This document shows positions 18,167-27,985 of a stretch of DNA of 64,000 nucleotides, piece after piece. A program made the translations under genes and the position numbers. The notes under the pieces are model-generated. The model was not told where the DNA came from. It did no database searches and saw only the letters and a list, made by a program, of their open reading frames with translations. Positions within the stretch are counted from its first letter, which is position 1; each line of letters starts with the position of its first letter. The DNA is from Enterobacter phage CC31: the sequence record NC_014662.1; one strand, given 5' to 3'.

Positions 18167-18357
18167 CGTCTTTCCTGCTCTATTTTAATTGCGACCAATA
18201 CTAAGCCTTTACGATAAGATTCGCGAGGGTCTGCTGGAAATCCCCAACGAGTAAGGCCAGTGTCAATTTCACGTTCAAAACGTAAACGAAGCTGAGCTAG
18301 TTCAGCATCATGATAATCTACAAGGTCTCTGCCTTCAAAAATCATAAGCCAATCCAC
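18154..18357 (-). CDS. hypothetical protein
   Basis: 67-aa ORF. Confidence 0.45.
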   Translation of the reverse strand: MDWLMIFEGRDLVDYHDAELAQLRLRFEREIDTGLTRWGFPADPRESYRKGLVLVAIKIEQERRCTK

Positions 18358-18623
18358 TCTAACACTTCTGGAACAGAAGCATTTTCACAATACAGATTTG
18401 TGCCAGCTACTACCAGGTCACTTTCACCTAGGTCTTCGATGAGCATCTTCTGATTCTTATCTGCACCAGCTTCAAGGTCATGAATCAGCTTAGGCTTAAC
18501 TTTGTCCCAGTCGCCTTCAACGAACTTGATGCATGGAATTGATGTGTAATCTGCTTTAGCCATAGCTGGAACAGCGGAGCAAGATGATATAGCAAAGATT
18601 AGTGCAAGTACAAGTTTTTTCAT
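18342..18623 (-). CDS. periplasmic protein, Spackle (Sp)-like by position and signal peptide
   Basis: 93 aa; signal peptide MKKLVLALIFAISSCSAVPAMA resembles N-terminus of T4 Sp; mature part diverged. Confidence 0.55.
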   Translation of the reverse strand: MKKLVLALIFAISSCSAVPAMAKADYTSIPCIKFVEGDWDKVKPKLIHDLEAGADKNQKMLIEDLGESDLVVAGTNLYCENASVPEVLEWIGL

Positions 18624-18632
18624 TTTGAAACC

Positions 18633-18914
18633 TTACGCATGCTTGACGTTAGTTAAACGAATGAGACGATAGTCATCGTTTTCTAAAGTTGTTACACCAA
18701 TTGTTACACCACCGTGTTTATCGTTAAATGGAGGAATAACTACAATAAGCGTTTTTCCAAGCTCAAGAGCTTCTCGGACAGGTCCTGTGCACTCTAGCTT
18801 AGCATCATCGGACTTAACCACTAAGGTTCCCGGAAGGCAATCCTTGATTTCAGCCTGTGGTTTAGTGTTATCGTAAGTGTTACGAACGACAAGAAGCATT
18901 TGATTCAATTTCAT
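18633..18914 (-). CDS. hypothetical protein at the dmd (61.5) position, not Dmd-like
   Basis: 93-aa ORF immediately upstream of gene 41 with its own early promoter; no similarity to recalled 60-aa T4 Dmd. Confidence 0.55.
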   Translation of the reverse strand: MKLNQMLLVVRNTYDNTKPQAEIKDCLPGTLVVKSDDAKLECTGPVREALELGKTLIVVIPPFNDKHGGVTIGVTTLENDDYRLIRLTNVKHA

Positions 18915-18943
18915 TTTATTTTCCTCATTTTGTTGATAGGGCT

Positions 18944-18973
18944 ACTATAACATAGCCCTACCAGAATGTAAAC
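18944..18973 (-). promoter_or_regulatory. T4-type early promoter with embedded inverted repeat
   Basis: minus GTTTAC (plus 18968-18973), TATAGT (plus 18944-18949); palindrome TAGGGCTA/TAGCCCTA at 18937..18960. Confidence 0.5.
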
Positions 18974-18975
18974 GG

Positions 18976-20418
18976 TTAGAATTTGAGGTCTTCAGCCAAT
19001 GCATCGAGTTTAGCTCTTGCACTAGCGTTTTGTTCAACACGAGTCATTCGGTTACCTTCTGCAACTCGTTGCTGAGCACCGGAAGTCTCTTTGACTGAAG
19101 TCGGTTGTTCACCATGTTCTTGAGCGATTTCAACCCAACGCTGATTGCCTTTACTTACACCAATCAAGAACTTATTGTTGATGTTCTTATCGCCGTAACG
19201 AGACTTAATCTGCTTAATGAGCTGTTGTCCTTGTTGAGCAAGTTCCTCAGTTTCAATTACCGCTAGCATAAAGTCTGCTGTTGCTGGTAGACCTGCGGAT
19301 TCTGCAACATCACCCATAGAAATATCAGAAGCATCCCAACCTGAACGAGTTGTCTGAGCTGCTGTCCACAGAACAGTTTCAGATTCAACAGCCAATGCAC
19401 GAAGTTCTTCTGCAATAGCTTTAACTAATGTGTAGCTGTTTTCGGTGTAAACTTTAATACGACAAGAAGCGCAGATACCCAGATAGTCAATAATGATGAC
19501 ATCAGGAACGAAGTTCTTCTTAAGTTTAAGTTCATTCAGTAATGCACGGAACGTATTTGCATGAGCTCCACCAGTTGGATATTGCTTGATAATCAGACGA
19601 CCAAGAGTATTCTTTGAGCGCCATTTTTCCATCTTGCCTTTGTATTCAGCATATGAAACGTGACCATCGTCAATATCATCCAGTGATACATCAAGTAAGT
19701 TAGCATCGATACGTTTTGCACAAACTTCTTCTGCCATTTCCATGGAGATATACAGAACGTTCTTACCCATCTGAAGATAGTCAGCAGCAAGAGAACACAG
19801 ACCTAATGACTTACCGACGTTTACACCTGCGAGTAATACGTTCAGAGTGCCGGTCTCTGCACCGCCTTTTGTGATTCTGTTCAGAATATTGAGTTTGAAT
19901 GCAACCTTACGAGCTTTGTTTTGATAAGCTAACCAACGAGCCTCATGGTCTTCCATCCAATCATGACCAATGTAACTATCAAATGAAATTGACAGAGCAG
20001 CTCGCATGATGTCCGGAATTGCACCTACATCAGGAAGTTTTTTGTTTCGCTTTTCTGGTGGAAGTTGGGCGTTAGTCTGAATTTCAATAATCTTTGATGT
20101 TGCATTGTACATCGCAGATTCTTGAACAAAGCGTTCAGTTTCAGCTACGAGCCAGTTTAAATCTTCTGGAGTATCTTGAAGCTTATTAATTAACTCACTT
20201 GCGCCCTGTACTTCAGTTTCAACTAATTGACTATTATCCAAAGCCACTGCCAATGCAGTTTTACTTGGAACAGCTTGATATTTTAATACGTGCTGATGAA
20301 TCAGTTTGAAAACATTTTTGGCTGGGCCATGTTCAAAATACTCATCTCCCATATAAGGCCAAACCTTCGAGAAGAAGGCTTGGTTATACAGCAAATGAGA
20401 TAAGATTGTTTCTACCAC
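18976..20418 (-). CDS. 41: replicative DNA helicase (DnaB-like)
   Basis: 480 aa; near-identity to recalled T4 gp41 over long stretches (LLAGVNVGKSLGLCSLAADYLQ, IDANLLDVSLDDIDDGH). Confidence 0.93.
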   Translation of the reverse strand: MVETILSHLLYNQAFFSKVWPYMGDEYFEHGPAKNVFKLIHQHVLKYQAVPSKTALAVALDNSQLVETEVQGASELINKLQDTPEDLNWLVAETERFVQESAMYNATSKIIEIQTNAQLPPEKRNKKLPDVGAIPDIMRAALSISFDSYIGHDWMEDHEARWLAYQNKARKVAFKLNILNRITKGGAETGTLNVLLAGVNVGKSLGLCSLAADYLQMGKNVLYISMEMAEEVCAKRIDANLLDVSLDDIDDGHVSYAEYKGKMEKWRSKNTLGRLIIKQYPTGGAHANTFRALLNELKLKKNFVPDVIIIDYLGICASCRIKVYTENSYTLVKAIAEELRALAVESETVLWTAAQTTRSGWDASDISMGDVAESAGLPATADFMLAVIETEELAQQGQQLIKQIKSRYGDKNINNKFLIGVSKGNQRWVEIAQEHGEQPTSVKETSGAQQRVAEGNRMTRVEQNASARAKLDALAEDLKF

Positions 20419-20428
20419 GGGAACCTCA

Positions 20429-20818
20429 TTAAAATAGTTTGAAACGTTTTTTCTTTCTCATAATATCGGCATGAGCCTGTTGAATTTGTATTTTAATACA
20501 TTTTTCAACATGTGGTGCAAGGTCGGCTTTTCGTGATTCGTCCAACGTAGAGAACTCTAGTGACACCTGGCCGCTTTCATCCAAGTGTAATGAGGTAACA
20601 TATACGATATGTTCTTCGCCGTCCTCTAGTGTTATCAGGATTTCCTGGACGACATTCTCCATAGCCTTTTGGATTATCTCAAGACTCTTTTTGAACATCC
20701 GTTCGGTTCTTTCAAATTCCCCCTCCGAAGAGGGGGTTTCATCTTGAACTTCAACATCAGTCAAATCGAGGTCTAAGTCCTCGAAATTATTCTTCATCTT
20801 CGTAATTTTCCAGTTCAT
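20429..20818 (-). CDS. hypothetical protein at gene 40 position
   Basis: 129-aa ORF between uvsX and 41; start uncertain (ATG 20818 or 20797). Confidence 0.5.
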   Translation of the reverse strand: MNWKITKMKNNFEDLDLDLTDVEVQDETPSSEGEFERTERMFKKSLEIIQKAMENVVQEILITLEDGEEHIVYVTSLHLDESGQVSLEFSTLDESRKADLAPHVEKCIKIQIQQAHADIMRKKKRFKLF

Positions 20819-21953
20819 CTTCGATTGAAGCTGGAGTTGCTCTTACTTCGCCTTCCGGAGCATGGAATTCTTCGGTCTTCGAATTAATCAGAGCATCAAC
20901 TTCTTCATCTACCACTGCGTTGGTTTCAATAGCACCCAACTGATAGCGGTTCTTAATTGCATCACGGAATGGCTGATGTTTAAACAGAGGACCCCAGAAT
21001 GCGGTGCTTGAAGTATCTTTTGCACGCCATGATTTCTCTTCGCGAACCATTTCACCGGTGTCTACGTCCAGATATTCACGAGCGTACCAGCCATTTTTAG
21101 GTTTAACTACAAAACCAAGTTCCAGCGCCATATCTAACAGACCAGAGTAAGGGTCAATACCACCATCGAATTTAACATCGATGAAGAACTTACTCTTCTC
21201 TTTAACAGTACGAGATTTCTCAGCGTTCAGAACAAACTGATAACCTTGAAGGTCTGTACCATCTTTAATTTGACGTTTACCGATGATGAACACAGTATCT
21301 GCTGAGTACATTGGGCCAGTACCACCAGTCATTACAGTCTTACTGAACATCTCAATTGTTTCGATTGTGTGGTTAACCGCAACGCATGGAATGTTTTTGA
21401 TAGAGAAGTAAGGTGTAACAATACGGAACAGAGACTTCAGTGATTTCGCACGAGTCATATCCGCAACTGATTTTTCGTTCAGAGCATCTTCTGTTTCTTT
21501 CTTAGAAGCCAGGTTACCGATGGAGTCGATGAATACGATAACTTTCTCACCGCGTTCAATTTCTTCCAGCTGATTTACCATGTCAATCTTAAGCTGTTCA
21601 ACAGATTGTACAGGAGTGTGTACTACACGGTCAGGGTCAACACCCATTGCACGAAGATATGCTGGAGTGATACCGAATTCTGAGTCGTAGAATAGACAAA
21701 TAGCATCCGGATATTTTGTCATATAAGCGGAAACCATAGTCAGACTCATATTTGACTTGAAGTGCTTTGACGGACCCGCAAAGATTGTTAAACCTGATTG
21801 CATGCCACCATCTAATGCACCTGAAATCGCGATATTAAGCATCGGAATCTTAGTACGAACTACATCCTTTTCATTGAAGAATTTGGATTTATCCAGAGAT
21901 GCGGTCATTTTAGAAGTGGATGCTTTAATCAGACGAGATTTTAAATCAGACAT
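20787..21953 (-). CDS. uvsX: UvsX recombinase (RecA-like)
   Basis: 388 aa; N-terminus MSDLKSRLIKASTSK and GPSKxFKSN Walker A region match recalled T4 UvsX. Confidence 0.93.
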   Translation of the reverse strand: MSDLKSRLIKASTSKMTASLDKSKFFNEKDVVRTKIPMLNIAISGALDGGMQSGLTIFAGPSKHFKSNMSLTMVSAYMTKYPDAICLFYDSEFGITPAYLRAMGVDPDRVVHTPVQSVEQLKIDMVNQLEEIERGEKVIVFIDSIGNLASKKETEDALNEKSVADMTRAKSLKSLFRIVTPYFSIKNIPCVAVNHTIETIEMFSKTVMTGGTGPMYSADTVFIIGKRQIKDGTDLQGYQFVLNAEKSRTVKEKSKFFIDVKFDGGIDPYSGLLDMALELGFVVKPKNGWYAREYLDVDTGEMVREEKSWRAKDTSSTAFWGPLFKHQPFRDAIKNRYQLGAIETNAVVDEEVDALINSKTEEFHAPEGEVRATPASIEDELENYEDEE

Positions 21954-22008
21954 TAATTATTTTCCATAAGTCTCCATAATATTTTTCTCACAGGTTTAAG
22001 ATAGAGTA

Positions 22009-22032
22009 ATTATATCAACTACGGTTTAAAGC
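22009..22032 (-). promoter_or_regulatory. putative MotA-dependent middle promoter upstream of uvsX
   Basis: minus strand CGCTTTA (MotA-box-like), 12-nt spacer, TATAAT (plus 22009-22014). Confidence 0.4.
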
Positions 22033-22116
22033 GGATTGCAATGCGGTGAATCATTTTGACAAGGTGTGTAACAACAAGCATTACAATGACCACCGACAAA
22101 GTCGGTGGTGTATTCT

Positions 22117-23193
22117 TTAGATTTCAATTGCTTTTTTGAATTCAGCTTGCCAAATTGGTTTTTCATCAAGATATTTTTGAAGAATTTTGTGCTGATATTC
22201 AAGAGTTTCAATTCTGAAGTCCTCATCGTTTTTAATTTTATTAATTTTATCAACAAGCTCTTGACGATTGCTCACATAGAAGAACTCATTGCCTTCCATG
22301 ATATTCATGTCAGGGTCAAATGTGCTATCGAAGAATGCTACTGCAGTAGATGCCAGAGCTTCCCATACACGTGGAGTGATTTGGTTATTATCGTAAGTCT
22401 TATCACCGAGCACGATAGTAGCATACGCGGTTGAGTTACGCTGAACCATTTCACGAGAATCTACCTTGCCAGGAAATACTGGTGGAGTAGTCCAAGGAAA
22501 TTCTGGGTTCTTGAATTGGTCTGCCTTAACTGAACCGAAGAACTCAACGTCCAGTCCAGTGTCAAACAGATATTCAACCATCTTTTGTTCGCGATTACCA
22601 GAACGGAAAGTTCCACCATAAATCAGGTCACGCATTTTGATGCCATCAGCAGCAATCTTGAAGACGCTGTGATACATCTTATGACGGTCCAGTGCAAAAT
22701 GAACAAATTCCATTCGGTCCTTAGAGACACCAACTAAACGGTCAGAGTGAATTCGTTTAGCTTGTTCCAGGTCACGGCCTTGAGAAATTACACGAATTGG
22801 AGAGCGAACAATGAACTGCTCTTCTGTGTATTTGCTGGACCATTTTTTCTTCGACATTCGACGCCAAGCTTGTTCCCATGGAAGACGAATATCAGTGAAC
22901 AGATAATAAATCTTTGACTTATATTTGTTCAAGAACATATAAGCCGCTTTATTCATCTTGTTCTCTTCACCGCCGTAGAAGTTCAGAGAAGCATTCACTA
23001 CCAGAACTCGGTCATATACATTCGGGTCTGGGACATCATCAAATGCGATGCCATAAATTGTCTGTTTCATTGAAATGAGGTCAACATCAAGCCCCATATC
23101 TTTTAAGCATTCGGACAGATAAATTGTCTCAGAAGCAGGGGTTGTTTTAAACCCCTGGATGTTGTTACCTAAGTTCAGGATAGCAATTTTCAT
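22117..23193 (-). CDS. bgt: DNA beta-glucosyltransferase
   Basis: 358 aa; MKIAILNLGNN, KYKSKIYYLFTDIRLP, GGTFRSGNREQKMVEYLFDTGL match recalled T4 beta-gt. Confidence 0.9.
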   Translation of the reverse strand: MKIAILNLGNNIQGFKTTPASETIYLSECLKDMGLDVDLISMKQTIYGIAFDDVPDPNVYDRVLVVNASLNFYGGEENKMNKAAYMFLNKYKSKIYYLFTDIRLPWEQAWRRMSKKKWSSKYTEEQFIVRSPIRVISQGRDLEQAKRIHSDRLVGVSKDRMEFVHFALDRHKMYHSVFKIAADGIKMRDLIYGGTFRSGNREQKMVEYLFDTGLDVEFFGSVKADQFKNPEFPWTTPPVFPGKVDSREMVQRNSTAYATIVLGDKTYDNNQITPRVWEALASTAVAFFDSTFDPDMNIMEGNEFFYVSNRQELVDKINKIKNDEDFRIETLEYQHKILQKYLDEKPIWQAEFKKAIEI

Positions 23194-24020
23194 AAAGTGG
23201 GCTCAATCTCACTGAATTTGTTGAAAGCGTCTGACTTTTGTTTCTTGGCTACGCACATACGAAGTACTTTCAGAGGTTCGTCAGTGCCAAACATAGTTTT
23301 GGTTGGGTCACCTTCTGATTTCCAACGAGCTTGAGTTGGGAAGTCAGCATGAATTTTTTCTAATGCGCGGTTTTGTTTAGCCGCATTACGCATAGATGAT
23401 ACGCCGCCAGGAGCTTGTCCTTTGCCAGATTTGACGAGATATTTGAAAATCGCCAGATGAGGATAACCCATATTAATGAGTTTAAGGAACGCGTATGTAT
23501 CTTCGGACAGGTCTACTATACCATATCCAATGTCATCAGCAGAAAGTTTGCTTAAATCGTAAAAAGTGTTAGTGAATCCGTAAGAGTTCTCACGGAAATG
23601 ACCCCACTTAGAATCAATCTTGAAGATAGGCAAACGAGCATGACCATGATAAAATCCACAGTCCATAGCTGCTTCAACATACTGAGTGAGTTTATTGAAT
23701 TCGTCCCATGTCATTCCAACATCGTGAAGAATACGACGGTCGTCTTTAGCACGAATCTCAGTAGTATGAATTGTAGTGTCATCGTCCAGCATCCAGATTC
23801 GTTGACCTTGATACATTTCAGTAATAAGACGACGAGTACCAGCAATACCATTTACATCATCTGGAATAGTTACGATTTTAGCCAACGCACCATAATGCAT
23901 CTCATATTCTTCTTTCTGAGACTCACGTACTACTAAATGAGGTACATAACCAGTAGGGAACATGTCCAGGGCAGTTACTGCCCCAGCACGATTGTAACTC
24001 GGAATTACAAATTGAATCAT
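23190..24020 (-). CDS. GT-A-fold glycosyltransferase-like protein (candidate DNA sugar transferase)
   Basis: about 276 aa; N-terminal QFVIPSYNR nucleotide-sugar-binding-like strand and LDDD (DxD) about 70 aa later; ATGA-coupled to gene 42 upstream and beta-gt downstream. Confidence 0.65.
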   Translation of the reverse strand: MIQFVIPSYNRAGAVTALDMFPTGYVPHLVVRESQKEEYEMHYGALAKIVTIPDDVNGIAGTRRLITEMYQGQRIWMLDDDTTIHTTEIRAKDDRRILHDVGMTWDEFNKLTQYVEAAMDCGFYHGHARLPIFKIDSKWGHFRENSYGFTNTFYDLSKLSADDIGYGIVDLSEDTYAFLKLINMGYPHLAIFKYLVKSGKGQAPGGVSSMRNAAKQNRALEKIHADFPTQARWKSEGDPTKTMFGTDEPLKVLRMCVAKKQKSDAFNKFSEIEPTL

Positions 24021-24754
24021 TTCCATTTGCCTTTGTAGTCAGATTTCTTAACATCAATCCGGCCGGTTTGACGATAATAGTCAACCAGATAGAAATGACG
24101 CTCATACACATGCAGAGACCCAGCGTTCCAAATAATGTCACCTGGAACATATTTTTCACCAGAACCTGCATTAACTGTTTCTACTAATGATTCTAATACA
24201 TATTTCTGCCAAGCATAATCATTGCGGAAACCAAATACAACATCATTGCTTCGCATATTAACGATAGCGTTTACACGACCATCACGAATAAGATATTGAA
24301 CTGTGTTAGTGCACATGAAATCACTCATACCATCACGTTCAAAATCAACTTGCATACTCGGACGAGTGTAAATCATAATTGCACGACGAGAATCTGGTTT
24401 TTCAATCAGCTCAGTTGCGCAGAATGAGAATTGATTATAATTTTCAGCAGACCAAATAGCCCAGCCATAGTTTGAGTTAATTTCGCCCTTTGAAGATGAA
24501 ACCTGTTCCCAGATAGCCGGAGTACCGCCTGGAATATCTTTCACGAACAGAGACTTGGATTTGTACCATGCAAGTTCACGTTCAACATATTCTTGGTTAA
24601 CTGTTCCGAAAATTGAATCTTCGGTTACTACAAAAGATGGACCAATTAACTCAATGGTCTTTGCGCCAGTTTTGTCAATTACAAACATTTCATTGAACAG
24701 AGCATGGCACAGTTCATCACGAATGTCTTCGTTAGTCAGTGGAGTTACAATCAT
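24017..24754 (-). CDS. 42: dCMP hydroxymethylase
   Basis: 245 aa from ATG 24752-24754; VIDKTGAKTIELIG, WYKSKSLFVKDIPG, MCTNTVQYLIRD match recalled T4 gp42. Confidence 0.9.
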   Translation of the reverse strand: MIVTPLTNEDIRDELCHALFNEMFVIDKTGAKTIELIGPSFVVTEDSIFGTVNQEYVERELAWYKSKSLFVKDIPGGTPAIWEQVSSSKGEINSNYGWAIWSAENYNQFSFCATELIEKPDSRRAIMIYTRPSMQVDFERDGMSDFMCTNTVQYLIRDGRVNAIVNMRSNDVVFGFRNDYAWQKYVLESLVETVNAGSGEKYVPGDIIWNAGSLHVYERHFYLVDYYRQTGRIDVKKSDYKGKWK

Positions 24755-25191
24755 TTTGCCTCTTCGTAGTTTTTCTTCATACAACGCTTAAATGCTTCAT
24801 ATTGGCCAGAAGACCTGAAGTTTTCAAATGCGTTGATATTTTTGCTGGTAGGATTATTATACATCGTTTGATATAAGCCTGCACCATGGAACTCAACGAT
24901 AGCTTGACACTTACGAGCAGCTACTTGCTTCTCATAGGTTGCGTCAAATTCGCGTTGTTTCTTCATGACACGTGCCTGGTCACGAGCGATAGGGTCATTA
25001 GCCTGCTGTTGAGCAAGATACTCTTCGCCTGCACGAACAGAAGACTGATTGATTTGAGGGGTTGAACGAGCATACACCAAACCGGTGCCGCCTACATACT
25101 TAACTTGCCCTACAGTACTAGCATGAACAGTGTCTCCTTGGTAAGCACAACCTGCCAGTAGCATAGCAGCAGCTACTGCTAAAAATTTCAT
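24751..25191 (-). CDS. putative lipoprotein (at imm position)
   Basis: 146 aa from ATG 25189-25191 (GAGGA RBS); signal MKFLAVAAAMLLAGC with lipobox; ATGA-coupled to gene 42. Confidence 0.55.
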   Translation of the reverse strand: MKFLAVAAAMLLAGCAYQGDTVHASTVGQVKYVGGTGLVYARSTPQINQSSVRAGEEYLAQQQANDPIARDQARVMKKQREFDATYEKQVAARKCQAIVEFHGAGLYQTMYNNPTSKNINAFENFRSSGQYEAFKRCMKKNYEEAK

Positions 25192-25254
25192 TTTCAATAT
25201 CCTCATTTGTGTATAGAAGAATTATACCACATCCGTGTGGTAATTTACAATGCT

Positions 25255-27963
25255 TTAGAAATCAAACATATTGTCTAAAGATGCTTTTTCTTCATAGTCA
25301 AGACCTGAAGCTTCTGACATACCAGCAAGCGGCTTAACGAAAGACTTTTGGAACAGAGTCGTGTAGTCTAACCAAGCCAGAACATCTTGACGAATTTCCT
25401 GTGGAAGTTCTGTACCTGATGGCCAAGCGATACATTTGTCACCGAATGGGTTACCCTGACGAAGTGGAAGAACCATCACCTTGTTACCCTCGAGAATCGG
25501 AGTGACAGAGAATCCGGCTGTTGCACGATTATAAGTCAGTGCACCACGAACGTGATATGGACATTTAAGACCAGGGAAACCATTATCGTCATATTTACCG
25601 ATGTCATTACAAGTTTTAACTTCTGCAATAACTTTGTAGTCCAGCTGACGATATTCTTTTTCAAACTGCTTGTAGTATTCTTGCAGCGATTCTTCACCTT
25701 CTTGAACCATGCGGCGAATACTTTCTTCCAATGCTTTCTGAACCGCTTTCGGAGTAGAAGACTGCTGAGTCTCCATGCCCATAATCTTCAGGTGTGGTTC
25801 AGCATAACGCTTATCTTCCATATCGTAAACGTTCAGTGCATAACGTTTCTTAGCTTTCCAGAATCCACCACAACCTTTTGAACCAAGCGGCGGACATGAA
25901 ATAGCTTCTCGGTCCATATGCATGAGGTGTTCACGGTTATTGAAGTACTCGCACAGTTCACGATAAGCGGTATCAATCATCGGTTCCATTTTCTTCTTAC
26001 CGAATTGGTTCATAAATTCAACCACTTCGTCAGTTGTTTTGAAACGTTCAAGACCTACTTTTTCAATAACTTTGTCAACTGAAACATAGATTGAGTCAGT
26101 ATCACCTGCTGCGATGAAATCAAATCCTTCGGTTCCACACACTTTATTCAGATACTCGTTAACTTTACGAGCAATCCAACGAATACCTACTTGACCAAAC
26201 AGTGTAATCGCAGATGCGTTACGAAGGTCATAATAACGGAAGTAAATGTTACCCAAAGCACCATAAAGACTGTTGATAAGAATCTTACGGTTCAGCTGGT
26301 TTGTGTTTGCCAGAATAGCAGCAGATTCACAACGAGCCAGCATAGTTTCCAGCACCAACTTAGTGTACTTATTTAGAGACGCTTTCTGTTCGTCAGTGTA
26401 CTGAGTGTAACGAGTTTCATCTGGAGTATCAATGTCACCGAATACGCCAGCAGCTAAAACTTTCTTAATTTCTTCTGCGTTACGTTCTTCTGCGAACATC
26501 TTTTTCTTCCAATCTTTACGCTGGAAGAACACCTTAGCGATTTCTACCGGGATGACACCCTCAATATCTTTACGATACATCCAACCGTTCGGTGAACATG
26601 AATATTCGTCACTTGGTCGTGGAGCAGTCTTATTGATATAAGCTTCGATATCATAAAGTTTGAATTGACCAACAATTGTTTCCGGAGAAATATTCACCTG
26701 ACGAATGATACTCGGATACAGAGATGTTAAGTCGAAACTCATGATGTACTTACGAGCACATGCTAATGGTTCAAATACATATGCACCTGGATAAGTCTGC
26801 TTGATGTGACGCTTACCTTGAGGAATTACTTTGTTCTGTTCTTTCAAGGAGTTAAAGATGATTGCGTCCCAAGTTTTAATTGGAGACATTACACCACCGA
26901 ACGGCATCTTAGCATAATAAGACATACTCAGCGCCAGGTCAATGAATCCACGAACTCGGTCAATACCACCCACAGACTCAACGTCCATGATGTTATAAGA
27001 AATATAACGTTGGTGATTTGTTTCACGAAGTTTGTTAATTGGACCGTCATATGGTAACTTACCACGTTTCGTCTCATACAGAGCGATGTAGTCCAAGTTA
27101 TAAGTTGGTTGGTTCGTGAATGAATACTTCTTGTACAAATCCATGTAATCCAGAATTGTTACACCATCAATACTGAATACTTCTTTTTCACCGTACATGT
27201 TCTGAATGAGTTTTGAATTCACTCGGTTAATTGGAGAGAATCGTTTCATTGTACGTTCACCCAACACATTCTTAACACGGTTCATGATGTACGGAATATC
27301 AAAGCCTTCAATGTTCCAGCCTGTGAAAATTGCTGGACGCTTTTGTTCCCAGAGATTGATGTATTCCAGAAGAAGTTCTTTCTCTGAATAGAACGGCATG
27401 TACACTACGCGGTCAAGAATATGCTGCGGAACTTCATCACCGCCTTCCTTATCGCTTCGTGCTGCTAGCTTCACGTCCCATTCTGAAACTGAGCCATACA
27501 GAGAATCCAGTAAGTCGAAAACGTAGAACTTATCATCGATTGAATCATAATGAGTGATTGCATCGATTTCATACATCGCTTTCATTGGGTCTGGGAATTT
27601 ATCACCTGTAACTTCGATGTCACAGTTAGCAACACGAATGAATTTCTTGTCATAAACAATCTCAGAACCATAAGTGTCGGAGATATAAGCAAGTTTGAAG
27701 TCATCCATACCCATGGCTTCAAGACCGATATCTTCCATACGACGAATCCAATCACGAGCATCTTTCATGGTCGGGAAAGTATTCTTGACACATGGCTTCC
27801 CATAGATATCAAAGAACTTTGTCTTCACACCTTGTTGAGCATGAGAAAACATAGTTGGAGAATATTCAATTCGTCGCTGACGTTCTACACCATTAGAGTC
27901 AATATAACGTTCAATGATGTCATTACCTGCGGTTTCAATAGAGATATAAAATTCTTGTGCCAT
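25255..27963 (-). CDS. 43: DNA polymerase (family B, with 3-5 exonuclease)
   Basis: 902 aa; long stretches match recalled T4 gp43 (FDIEV exo I, YGDTDS pol motif C, SLYPSII motif A). Confidence 0.95.
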   Translation of the reverse strand: MAQEFYISIETAGNDIIERYIDSNGVERQRRIEYSPTMFSHAQQGVKTKFFDIYGKPCVKNTFPTMKDARDWIRRMEDIGLEAMGMDDFKLAYISDTYGSEIVYDKKFIRVANCDIEVTGDKFPDPMKAMYEIDAITHYDSIDDKFYVFDLLDSLYGSVSEWDVKLAARSDKEGGDEVPQHILDRVVYMPFYSEKELLLEYINLWEQKRPAIFTGWNIEGFDIPYIMNRVKNVLGERTMKRFSPINRVNSKLIQNMYGEKEVFSIDGVTILDYMDLYKKYSFTNQPTYNLDYIALYETKRGKLPYDGPINKLRETNHQRYISYNIMDVESVGGIDRVRGFIDLALSMSYYAKMPFGGVMSPIKTWDAIIFNSLKEQNKVIPQGKRHIKQTYPGAYVFEPLACARKYIMSFDLTSLYPSIIRQVNISPETIVGQFKLYDIEAYINKTAPRPSDEYSCSPNGWMYRKDIEGVIPVEIAKVFFQRKDWKKKMFAEERNAEEIKKVLAAGVFGDIDTPDETRYTQYTDEQKASLNKYTKLVLETMLARCESAAILANTNQLNRKILINSLYGALGNIYFRYYDLRNASAITLFGQVGIRWIARKVNEYLNKVCGTEGFDFIAAGDTDSIYVSVDKVIEKVGLERFKTTDEVVEFMNQFGKKKMEPMIDTAYRELCEYFNNREHLMHMDREAISCPPLGSKGCGGFWKAKKRYALNVYDMEDKRYAEPHLKIMGMETQQSSTPKAVQKALEESIRRMVQEGEESLQEYYKQFEKEYRQLDYKVIAEVKTCNDIGKYDDNGFPGLKCPYHVRGALTYNRATAGFSVTPILEGNKVMVLPLRQGNPFGDKCIAWPSGTELPQEIRQDVLAWLDYTTLFQKSFVKPLAGMSEASGLDYEEKASLDNMFDF

Positions 27964-27985
27964 GAGTTTCCTTAGTTTTTCCTAT

